The notes beneath the pieces were generated by a model. That model did not search any database. It saw only the letters and a program-made list of their open reading frames with translations, and was not told where the DNA came from. Made by a program: the position numbers and the translations under genes. Below are positions 56,420 through 64,000 of a DNA stretch of 64,000 nucleotides, piece by piece (within the stretch, counting starts at the first letter, position 1; the number at the start of each line of letters is the position of its first letter). The DNA comes from an archaeon (lineage in GTDB: Archaea; SpSt-1190; DYHY01), in NCBI GenBank assembly GCA_037442745.1, contig JBBIPP010000002.1, positions 32,001 through 96,000 of the forward strand, in the 5' to 3' direction.

Positions 56420-56980
56420 ATGGGGAAACCAATGGCCGACAAAATTGCATATTCGAGAATCACGACAATTGCCATAATCTTCATTGCAATTCTACTCGTT
56501 CCAGCATTCTCTTCAGCTGGAATCTCGATAACGCCAGCTTCCGGAGAATACTCAATAAGAAAGTCCGGAGGCAGGATGGATTTCCTTGTTACAAACTATG
56601 CAGATTATACAGAGACCTTCACATTCACCCTTTCTGGAGATGGCGCTGCATACTCATCTGTGACTCCGACATTCGAGACAATAGGCCCGGGAGAGACTAA
56701 AAAATTCACAGTAATAATAAGCCCGTCCAACTCGGAATACAACCGCAGGTATTCGCTTGTCGCGTCAGCCGAATCAGAATCTAGCAGGGCTTCAGGAACA
56801 GTATCAATTGTTTTCAAGGACGAGGTAGGGGAGAGCAAATACACTCTCTCGGAAATTCCTCCAAACTCCCTCAAAGGAGAAACCAGCTTGACAAACCGCC
56901 TCTTCACGTTCTTTGCAGCAACGCTCCTTGTGGGAATAGGAATTTACCTGATAAAATCAAGGGGCCCTTGGAAGGACTAG
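56420..56980 (+). CDS. Small anchored Ig-fold protein, DUF916/pilus-chaperone-like (paralog 3)
   Basis: Signal peptide, SITPASGEY...GGRMDFLVTN...IGPGETKKFTV, and C-terminal TM. A TTTTATAA box lies at about 56401. Confidence 0.65.
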   Translation: MGKPMADKIAYSRITTIAIIFIAILLVPAFSSAGISITPASGEYSIRKSGGRMDFLVTNYADYTETFTFTLSGDGAAYSSVTPTFETIGPGETKKFTVIISPSNSEYNRRYSLVASAESESSRASGTVSIVFKDEVGESKYTLSEIPPNSLKGETSLTNRLFTFFAATLLVGIGIYLIKSRGPWKD

Positions 56981-57039
56981 ACATTTTTCGGATTGGACCG
57001 ATGAAAGGCGAGCTTCCAGTTTCAAAACATTGGGTTTTT

Positions 57040-57816
57040 TCACACACCAATTGAGACGCTCGCAGTGTTTCTTATACCCGGCCCGAGGCCAACCAAGAGC
57101 ATTGCGACATAGAGGATTTTCTTCTCGCTTTTCGAGAATCCTTTGTAGCTCTCCGAGAACAAAACCAAGGCTGAAATTCCTACAATCTTCACAATGAAAA
57201 AGAGGGCAGGTCCCCCAATTGACATCAAAAGCCTTGCGAAAACGTGCTCCTCGAAATACCCGAAATAGCTGACTGCGACAAAAGTCGATGAAGCGTCGAA
57301 AACATGCGCCAAGACTATTGCCTTGGCCTCCCGGGAAAGCTTCCTCTTCAGGAGGGGAAGGAGGATTTTTATTAGCACTAACGAAGATAGCCCGGCAAGA
57401 CAGAGAATAAGTAAGAGCCCAAAGAAATTGGAGAGTTTCAAAAATGCGAAAAGCCCCGCCGGAGCGAAAAGGAGCCACCCGAAAACCCGGGCTTTTTCGG
57501 AAAGAATCTTTCCTGAGAGAAAGAAGAGGGAGAACACGAGAATCCAAATCCCGGGAGTAATGAAAAGGAGCCTTATTGGCCATGAGCAGGGGAGAAAACA
57601 GCCGTCCTCAAGGCTTCTTGAGACTGCCCCGAGAAGAACAAAAGGGAGGATGTCTTTGAAAATTTCGGAAACCTTTGTTTTCCTGAAATAACCGGTCTTC
57701 ATTGCAAGAAACGAGAAAAACGCCAGGAGAACGGCAATCAGAACTGTTGTTGGTATTGTGTATCCGGTTCCGTCCCTCATCGGGGCAATCAGACCCTCTT
57801 CCAGAAATCCCGCCAT
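57040..57816 (-). CDS. DUF63-family archaeal membrane protein
   Basis: GYT...T, R.LED, FITPGI, AHVFDASSTF, YFEEHV and GLGPGIRN. Confidence 0.85.
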   Translation of the reverse strand: MAGFLEEGLIAPMRDGTGYTIPTTVLIAVLLAFFSFLAMKTGYFRKTKVSEIFKDILPFVLLGAVSRSLEDGCFLPCSWPIRLLFITPGIWILVFSLFFLSGKILSEKARVFGWLLFAPAGLFAFLKLSNFFGLLLILCLAGLSSLVLIKILLPLLKRKLSREAKAIVLAHVFDASSTFVAVSYFGYFEEHVFARLLMSIGGPALFFIVKIVGISALVLFSESYKGFSKSEKKILYVAMLLVGLGPGIRNTASVSIGV

Positions 57817-57840
57817 TTTCGCAAGGGAGCCTCCGGCGAG

Positions 57841-58281
57841 TTAGTGCATTTTCCTTCTCTCAAGCTCCCAGACAACAGATACTTGCTGGGCCATCAGGTC
57901 AATTTTGTCGGAGAGGACCTTCAATTTTTCCTCAATTCTCGCTAGCCGGTCTTCTGACGGGTTTATTTGCTGGGGAGAGAACTGCGGGCCCCCCGGCAGA
58001 TTGTTAAAAGGAAAACCGGGCTGGGCGAAAATTGGCCTGTCAATTTGCTGGCTGTCTTGGGGCCTTGCAAAAGGAGGGGGAGAAGTTGAGCCGAAATTGT
58101 CATTTGAGGAGAATTTGGGAGCCATCGGGTTTCCCTGACCAAAGCTAGGACCTCCATCCGGTCGGCCCACCGGGTTTCCAACCGGCGGAGGCTCCGGCCC
58201 CATTTGCGGCGCATCCTGATTAATTGGCTGGACTGGCTGTTTTGGCTGGACAAATTTTGCAAGAAGGTCTTCAAGAGTCAT
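57841..58281 (-). CDS. Hypothetical Pro/Gln-rich protein with C-terminal coiled coil
   Basis: Disordered PQ-rich body ending RLARIEEKLKVLSDKIDLM. Confidence 0.7.
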   Translation of the reverse strand: MTLEDLLAKFVQPKQPVQPINQDAPQMGPEPPPVGNPVGRPDGGPSFGQGNPMAPKFSSNDNFGSTSPPPFARPQDSQQIDRPIFAQPGFPFNNLPGGPQFSPQQINPSEDRLARIEEKLKVLSDKIDLMAQQVSVVWELERRKMH

Positions 58282-58569
58282 TTCAAAAGCCCAACACTTT
58301 CCTCAATTATATCCTTTTGCCAAAAAAAGGTTTTAGGACTTGGTTGTCACAATAAAGAAGAAAAAAGTTGCGACAATAACGAACGCAAATGTTTCGGCTG
58401 ACACTCCGAAAAGCGAAATCATTTCAGGAAATTTTACTGAAATTTGGTATAAAAAACTTTTCTATCATATAAAGCAATACAAAAAGAGAGAAATTGGGAG
58501 GGGTTCGCCCGAAATAATCCCCCAAGACCAGCTCACTAGCTAAATTTCAATATCAGAATACTTGATATT

Positions 58570-58964
58570 GACAGGTATCGGAACCCCTGACGCGACGAAA
58601 TCCCAATTCCTGAGTATTCCAATCCGCATTTCTCCTCCGACAAGGCCTATTACTCGGAGGAGAACTTCATCCTCTGCAGGAACCTCGGCATAAGGGCAGC
58701 GATTCCGGTCAAGAAGAACGTAAAAACGGGCATGCGCGCGTCTCCTTGCCCTGCAGGGCAAGCAAACCTTCCGGCGGGAGAAGGTCAAGAGGAATTTCAT
58801 AGAATCGATCAATTCTGCCGTCAAGAAGAAGTTCGGCGAGAATGTCCGGGCCAGCAGGCCCGAGATGCAGGAGAAGAGGTCCTTCCCAAGCTCCTTGCTT
58901 TCAACTTAGAAAAGGTCAGGATTGCGGATTTTTTGCTAATCTTTGTCAAGGGTTTCAACAGTCC
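58570..58964 (+). mobile_element. Degraded IS5-family transposase remnant with right terminal repeat
   Basis: Frameshifted pieces DKAYYSEEN...LGIRAAIPVKKN (from 58639), IESINSAVKKKFGENVRA and EVLPKLLAFNL...KGFNS. Ends GGGTTTCAACAGTCC (58950-58964), like archaeal IS5 ends. The left boundary is uncertain. Confidence 0.8.
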
Positions 58965-58988
58965 AGTGGCTAGCTGGCGCGATCAGTA

Positions 58989-59096
58989 GAGGTCCGGAGG
59001 TGACGAGAGAATAGAGGAGCCTCAAGTGGCCGAGCAACAATACAAAGACAGACGCGAGGTCCGGAGGTGACGAGAGAATAGAGGAGCCTCAAGTGG
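58989..59096. repeat. 41-bp direct repeat x2 overlapping the tRNA 3' end, 26-bp spacer
   Basis: GAGGTCCGGAGGTGACGAGAGAATAGAGGAGCCTCAAGTGG at 58989-59029 and 59056-59096. Confidence 0.93.
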
Positions 59097-59156
59097 GATT
59101 TGAACCCACGGCCTCGTCCTTACCAAGGACGCGCTCTACCGCTGAGCTATTGAGGC
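59085..59156 (-). tRNA. tRNA-Thr(GGT)
   Basis: Minus strand GCCTCAATAGCTCAGCGGTAGAGCGCGTCCTTGGTAAGGACGAGGCCGTGGGTTCAAATCCCACTTGAGGCT folds as a cloverleaf with anticodon GGT; no intron and no encoded CCA. Confidence 0.96.
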
Positions 59157-59261
59157 GCACGCCCAGCCACCAAAATTTCCAGTCCTTTTTAATCCTTGCT
59201 AGGAGCCCCTGCCAAAGAAAACCGGGAACGCGATTTGCCTGGCAGAGCCAGTATATTTTTG

Positions 59262-59292
59262 AATATGTCTAAAATTAGATAGATATAAAAAT
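59262..59292 (+). promoter_or_regulatory. Palindromic operator abutting the TATA box of the copper operon
   Basis: ATGTCTAA-AA-TTAGAT (59265-59280) immediately before ATATAAAA, about 25 nt upstream of ATG 59314. Confidence 0.55.
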
Positions 59293-59313
59293 AAGACCTC
59301 TCCCATCATCGGC

Positions 59314-59517
59314 ATGGAAAAGTTCTCCCTGAATGTGAAGGGAATGCACTGCAATTCCTGCGCAACTCTTGTAACTGACGCACTCTCCGAAATCGGCGCA
59401 AAGGAAATCAGCGTAAAAGTCGTCAAGGGAGGGCTCTCAGAAGTAAATTTCTCCGGGGACAGGCCAGCAAAGGAGTTCTTGAAAGCAATTGAAGCGGAGG
59501 GATATGAGGTAAAATGA
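59314..59517 (+). CDS. Copper chaperone, HMA domain (CopZ-like)
   Basis: VKGMHCNSC...AIEAEGYEV. Confidence 0.9.
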   Translation: MEKFSLNVKGMHCNSCATLVTDALSEIGAKEISVKVVKGGLSEVNFSGDRPAKEFLKAIEAEGYEVK

Positions 59518-60371
59518 AAAAGGCAGAATTCACTGTAGCTGATCTTGAATGCGTCTCCTGCGAGAGGGTTGTCGAGCGCGCCCTTCTAAAAGCAGGGGCA
59601 ACGGGCGCGGAGTTTTCAGGAACAACCGTTTCCGTCACTGCCCCCGACTCTATTGCAGAGGGAAAATTAATGTCCGCAGTCTCAGGAGCCGGGCACACAA
59701 TTTCACTGAGAAAGACAGCATCCGGAAAGGCGGAAAAGCGGACCATTATTTATTCGGCAATCTTGCTTTTCGTGTTCACTCTCATAGAATTCGGAATTTT
59801 TCTCGGGCTTTTCGGGGCGGAGTGGCTGGGAAAGAGGGCTCCTTGGCTCTTCATATTGAATGTCTCGGCAATACTCCCGGTTTCAACCCTTGCCAACCTC
59901 TCCGCATACAAGGGGAAAATTTCCTGCATGACCGGAATGATGCTTGGGATGACTGCCGGAATGCAAGGTGGGCTTCTTTCAGGATATGTCCTCGGAGTTA
60001 CCAACGGATTTTTCACCGGAGCGCTTGTTTCGACCGGGTTCGGAATGCTTTTCGGCCACCTTGCCGGAAAACGAGGGGGTCTAATGGCTTCCCTTCAGGG
60101 GCTTATGGCGGGGTTCATGGGAGGAGCAATGGGCGCAATGACATCTGTTATGATGGTTGGCTGGGGATTTGAGGCATTCACAGCATTTTTCGCAATTGCC
60201 AATTCGGCGATTTTCGCCCTGATTTTCCCAATTGTTTCCGAACATGTCGGAGCCGGGGCAATTTCTGAAGGAGAAATTCCCGTCGGAAAAATGGCAGTTC
60301 AGTTCGCTATTGTGGCAATCTTTCTTGCAACAGTGCTAATCCTTGGCCCAGAGGGGCTTTTGGGATTTTAA
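59514..60371 (+). CDS. HMA domain fused to a Met/Gly-rich membrane domain
   Basis: LECVSCERVV; TM motifs SCMTGMMLGMTAGM and GLMAGFMGGAMGAMTSVMM. Confidence 0.8.
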   Translation: MKKAEFTVADLECVSCERVVERALLKAGATGAEFSGTTVSVTAPDSIAEGKLMSAVSGAGHTISLRKTASGKAEKRTIIYSAILLFVFTLIEFGIFLGLFGAEWLGKRAPWLFILNVSAILPVSTLANLSAYKGKISCMTGMMLGMTAGMQGGLLSGYVLGVTNGFFTGALVSTGFGMLFGHLAGKRGGLMASLQGLMAGFMGGAMGAMTSVMMVGWGFEAFTAFFAIANSAIFALIFPIVSEHVGAGAISEGEIPVGKMAVQFAIVAIFLATVLILGPEGLLGF

Positions 60372-60385
60372 GAGCGTTAATTAAA

Positions 60386-60871
60386 ATGGGAAAAGACAAA
60401 ATCAAAGAGGGCGGACCAAATGGGAATGACAAGGAATTCAGAATACTTATCGGAATTCTCGCAGTCCTCCTGGTCGCGGTAGTTTTCGTGACAAGTTATT
60501 TCTTTTTCGTGACAGGCTTCCCTGCCTTGGACGGGAGCAGGAACGCCTCCTTGACAACTATGCCAGTTCAGACTGACCTTCCCGTGAAAATCCTTTCGGA
60601 AAAACCAGAAGGGCAAGTGCAGAAGGTCGAACTCTCAGCTTCCGGCCTAACATACCTTCCAAACCCTGTCGAGCTGAAAGTCGGTGTCCCCGTCGAGCTT
60701 TCAGTTTCCCCGAGAGTTTCGTCCTGCATGGCGACAATGGTAGCATCCAACCTCGGAATCCGGGCATCATCGAGAGGCGGGCCAGTCTATTTCATTCCGG
60801 AAAAGGCAGGGGAATATCATTTCACCTGCTGGATGAACATGGGAAGGGGCAAATTCGTATTCACAGATTGA
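60386..60871 (+). CDS. Membrane-anchored cupredoxin-domain protein (CupA-like)
   Basis: TM, Y.PNPVELKVGVPV, SSCM and F.PEKAGEYHFTCWMNMGRG. Confidence 0.85.
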   Translation: MGKDKIKEGGPNGNDKEFRILIGILAVLLVAVVFVTSYFFFVTGFPALDGSRNASLTTMPVQTDLPVKILSEKPEGQVQKVELSASGLTYLPNPVELKVGVPVELSVSPRVSSCMATMVASNLGIRASSRGGPVYFIPEKAGEYHFTCWMNMGRGKFVFTD

Positions 60872-60880
60872 GAATCCACA

Positions 60881-63082
60881 ATGGGGAAAAAAATAGAACT
60901 AAAGGTAACCGGGATGCACTGCGCATCCTGCGCAATTGTAATCGGCCGGGCCCTGAAAAAAACTCCCGGAGTAATTGATGCGAACGTAAACATTGCAACG
61001 AATCGGGCGACAGTGGAGATTTCCAGCGCAACTCTTGACGCCTGCGTAAAGGCAGTCGAATCCAAGGGATATGGGGCTAGGAGAATAGACCAAAACTGCC
61101 CAGAGAGCGATTCCAGCGGGGAACTTTATGAGAAAAAGACAAAGGAACTCCTAGTTTTCTCGGCAATATTTACAATCCCGGTTTTCATTATAGGGATGTT
61201 TCTGATGCAGGAAGCCCCGCTCTTCCTCGGCTGGGAGCTGCCCTATGGAATGGCAATACTCGCAATTCTTACAACATTCGTCCAGTTCGTCGGGGGAAGC
61301 CAGTTCTATTCGGGGGCGCTGAAGGCTGCGCGCCAATTCAACAGCAACATGGACACCCTGGTTGTCCTAGGGACAAGCGTCGCATATTTCTACAGTTTGG
61401 CAGTTTTCCTGTTTTTCCCAGGAAACCCCCAGTATTTCGAGGCAGCGGCAGTCCTGATAACATTGATTCTCCTCGGAAAATATCTCGAGGCAAGGGCGAA
61501 GAAGAAAACCAGCCGGGCAATCGGGAAGTTAATTGAGCTCTCGCCAGAAACCGCCCGAATCGAGAAAGAGGGAACCGAAATTGAAGTTTCATTATCGGAA
61601 GTGGAGGCTGGGGCAATCTGCATTGTAAAACCCGGAGAAAAGGTTCCGGTCGACGGAACAATTGTCAGCGGAAAATCCGCCTTCAACGAGAGCCTTGTGA
61701 CTGGCGAAAGCATGCCAGTTGACAAGGGCCCGGGAGACGCAGTTCTTGCCGGGACAACCTCAATTGCGGGATATGTCAAGTTCAGGGCGGAGCGGGTCGG
61801 AGGGGACACGACTCTTGCCAGGATAATCAAGCTTGTAGAGGATGCCCAAGGAAGGAGGGCTCCAATACAGCGGTTCGCTGACGAAGTGTCCGCCCATTTC
61901 GTTCCGGCAGTCCTCGCAATTGCTCTCATAACATTCTTTTCCCAGAAATTCCTTTTCAACGAGCCGATAGGCTTTGCAGTGAAAGCGACTGTGGCGGTTC
62001 TTGTAATTGCCTGCCCCTGCGCGCTCGGCCTTGCAACCCCGACTGCAATAATGGTTGGGACCGGAAAATCCGCGAAAGCGGGGATTCTTTTCAAGGGAGG
62101 GGATTCATTGGAGGCAATAAGCAAGGCGAAATACGTTGTTTTCGACAAGACGGGAACTCTCACAAAAGGGGCTCCCGGGGTTACTGACATAATTTCCCTT
62201 GAAGGATTTTCGGAAAAGGACATACTGGAGTATTCCCTTGCCGCCGAAAGCGGGTCTGAGCACCATCTGGCAACCGCAGTTGTTGACAAGGCGAAAAGCT
62301 CAGGAACAACCCTCTCATCCGAACCATCTGACTTTTCAGCAGTCTCGGGAAAAGGCGTCTCTGCAAAATACAATGGGCGGAAAATTCTTGTCGGAAAACC
62401 GGATTTTGCGGCGGACAAGCTTCCCCTCCCCAAGGAAATATCGGAGAAAATCGCCCTCCTGGAAAGCCAGGCGAAGACAACAGTCCTCGTTTCAGTTGAT
62501 TCAATTCCGGCGGGGATAATCGCAATTGCAGATGCTGTTCGGGAGACGTCAAAGCCCGCAATAGCTGAACTAAAGTCAATGAGGACAACTCCTGTTCTCC
62601 TGACCGGGGATAACGAGCGGACTGCGAACGCAATTGCAAATAGCCTCGGAATCGAGCGCGTCTTCTCAGGCGTCCTTCCTGAGGAGAAGCTCAAGAAAAT
62701 AAAAGAGCTCCAAAAGGAGGGGATTGTCGCAATGGTCGGGGACGGGATAAACGACGCCCCCGCCCTTGCGCAGGCGGACATTGGGATTGCAATGGGATCC
62801 GGAACCGATGTTGCAGTGGAAGCTGGCGGGGTGATTCTAATGAGAAACGACCCGGAAGATGTTCCAAGGGCCCTGGAAATCGGTCGAAGCACTCTCCGGA
62901 AAATAAAGGAGAACCTGTTCTGGGCGTTCTTCTACAATGTTGTCGGAATTCCTGTCGCGGCTTTTGGACTGCTGACACCTGAACTGGCCGGGGGAGCGAT
63001 GGCTCTCTCGTCAGTCAGCGTTGTTCTAAACACAATAAGGCCATCTGCGCGGGAAATTCTCTTAATGGACGGCAAAAAATGA
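60881..63082 (+). CDS. copA: Copper-translocating P1B-type ATPase
   Basis: GMHCASC, TGES, CPCALGLA, DKTGT, GDGINDAP, YN and MALSS. Confidence 0.96.
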   Translation: MGKKIELKVTGMHCASCAIVIGRALKKTPGVIDANVNIATNRATVEISSATLDACVKAVESKGYGARRIDQNCPESDSSGELYEKKTKELLVFSAIFTIPVFIIGMFLMQEAPLFLGWELPYGMAILAILTTFVQFVGGSQFYSGALKAARQFNSNMDTLVVLGTSVAYFYSLAVFLFFPGNPQYFEAAAVLITLILLGKYLEARAKKKTSRAIGKLIELSPETARIEKEGTEIEVSLSEVEAGAICIVKPGEKVPVDGTIVSGKSAFNESLVTGESMPVDKGPGDAVLAGTTSIAGYVKFRAERVGGDTTLARIIKLVEDAQGRRAPIQRFADEVSAHFVPAVLAIALITFFSQKFLFNEPIGFAVKATVAVLVIACPCALGLATPTAIMVGTGKSAKAGILFKGGDSLEAISKAKYVVFDKTGTLTKGAPGVTDIISLEGFSEKDILEYSLAAESGSEHHLATAVVDKAKSSGTTLSSEPSDFSAVSGKGVSAKYNGRKILVGKPDFAADKLPLPKEISEKIALLESQAKTTVLVSVDSIPAGIIAIADAVRETSKPAIAELKSMRTTPVLLTGDNERTANAIANSLGIERVFSGVLPEEKLKKIKELQKEGIVAMVGDGINDAPALAQADIGIAMGSGTDVAVEAGGVILMRNDPEDVPRALEIGRSTLRKIKENLFWAFFYNVVGIPVAAFGLLTPELAGGAMALSSVSVVLNTIRPSAREILLMDGKK

Positions 63083-63858
63083 AAAAACTGTTGGAGTTTC
63101 TTTCGGAAAACAGGAAATCCTTGCTTTTGGCTGTCGTTTTTTCAGTTGCAGTGCTTTCTGTTGGAGGTTATTTCGGCCGGCTCGTTCCCTATATGGCCGA
63201 CCAAAGACCCGGAATTGTTTTTGATGGAGCGGAAATTAAAGTAAGGTTCCTCGGGAATGTTCCGAAGCTTTTTGTCATTTCCGAAAGTATGCCCTATCGC
63301 GCGAAAGAAGGGAAAGCGCGCCCGGGCGGGCCCGGAGAAATTGTCCTTGGATTCTCCGAAGCGGAAATTATGCGAGAAGAGAAACTTTTCTCCTCAATTA
63401 GGGATGGAATCAGTGGATTCTTCGGCCTTGACATCGAAATTGCCGGGATATTGGAAAGAACCGGAACAATACTTGATTATGCCCATTTCTTCGGTTCTGC
63501 GGAGGATTTCGGGAGGATTTCCCCCGGGAAGTACAAATCCTTCCATACAAAGACTCAGATGGGGGAAGTCAAATTCTTCCTCCAAGTGCCCGAAGGGGAG
63601 GCGCTGCCAGAGATTGCCTCCGCTTCCGAGGGGGAGCTCCTCCACTATTTCTGGAAAGACGGCCAATACGAACCAATAATAATCGGGAGCGAGGAGGCTG
63701 AAATGATGAGGAAGGAAGGGCTTTTCTCGAATGTCGGGGACACAATTGAGGGTTTCTTTGGAAAAGACGTCCGCATTGTCGCAGTCCTTGAGAGGACGAA
63801 CTCGAGCCTCGACATTATGCATATTGTCCCGTTCGGAAAAGAGCAAAATTCAAAATAA
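63079..63858 (+). CDS. Membrane-anchored protein with two tandem copies of a Met/His-containing domain
   Basis: G.SEAEIMREEKLF...GFFG...ILERTGTILDYAH is repeated as GSEEAEMMRKEGLF...GFFG...VLERTNSSLDIMH. ATG overlaps the copA stop. Confidence 0.75.
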   Translation: MKKLLEFLSENRKSLLLAVVFSVAVLSVGGYFGRLVPYMADQRPGIVFDGAEIKVRFLGNVPKLFVISESMPYRAKEGKARPGGPGEIVLGFSEAEIMREEKLFSSIRDGISGFFGLDIEIAGILERTGTILDYAHFFGSAEDFGRISPGKYKSFHTKTQMGEVKFFLQVPEGEALPEIASASEGELLHYFWKDGQYEPIIIGSEEAEMMRKEGLFSNVGDTIEGFFGKDVRIVAVLERTNSSLDIMHIVPFGKEQNSK

Positions 63859-63892
63859 AGGGACGAAAGAAAAAAGGGGAGAATAAAAAGGA

Positions 63893-64000
63893 ATGGAAAT
63901 ACAGAGCATAACGAAACTGAGAATACTTTTGGCAATAAGGGAGGCGCCCCGGTCAGGATACGACTTGATGAGGCTCCTTGACACCGGAAAGAAGAGGCCC
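63893..64000 (+). CDS. PadR-family transcriptional regulator (3'-truncated, not in ORF track)
   Basis: Manual translation MEIQSITKLRILLAIREAPRSGYDLMRLL matches the PadR IL..L...P..GY.L pattern. Confidence 0.7.
   Translation, partial: MEIQSITKLRILLAIREAPRSGYDLMRLLDTGKKRP

Noticed and set aside
58340-58543. 67-aa ORF in the AT-rich gap
   Set aside because: TTG start, low-complexity Lys-rich sequence over promoter-like DNA, no motif.
58989-59096. CRISPR array
   Set aside because: Only two full repeats, derived from the tRNA end and its trailer, with no cas genes or leader. Kept as a non-CRISPR finding.
61390-62892. 500-aa minus-strand ORF
   Set aside because: Antisense shadow of copA.
1-64000. 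Genome-wide TGA recoding
   Set aside because: endA, rpl11 and others end at TGA at their expected C-termini.

Overview
Archaeal genomic DNA (TFB, Spt5, SecE, FtsZ1, ABCE1, Trm1, EndA), most consistent with a DPANN-type lineage, although that is inferred from gene style only. Housekeeping blocks lie at 1-12.3 kb, 29.3 kb and 36.7-40.3 kb. Between them sit two large cell-surface clusters (12.3-29.3 kb and 45.9-57.0 kb), separated by two radical-SAM/GT-C/UbiA/sulfatase-fold modification clusters. The window ends with an IS5 remnant, tRNA-Thr(GGT) carrying a tiny direct-repeat array at its 3' end, and a copper-resistance operon. The best candidate for an undescribed system is a modular surface-fibre or scaffold apparatus. 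It has four giant, anchorless, sequon-rich secreted proteins sharing a WxL/fimbrial-like terminal motif, three paralogous small membrane-anchored DUF916/chaperone-like partners, and a putative cohesin-dockerin pair. It also contains an Ig/FN3 repeat split across two adjacent genes at the same hairpin where carbohydrate-binding modules are inserted elsewhere. All family calls come from motif recognition by eye; no searches were run.
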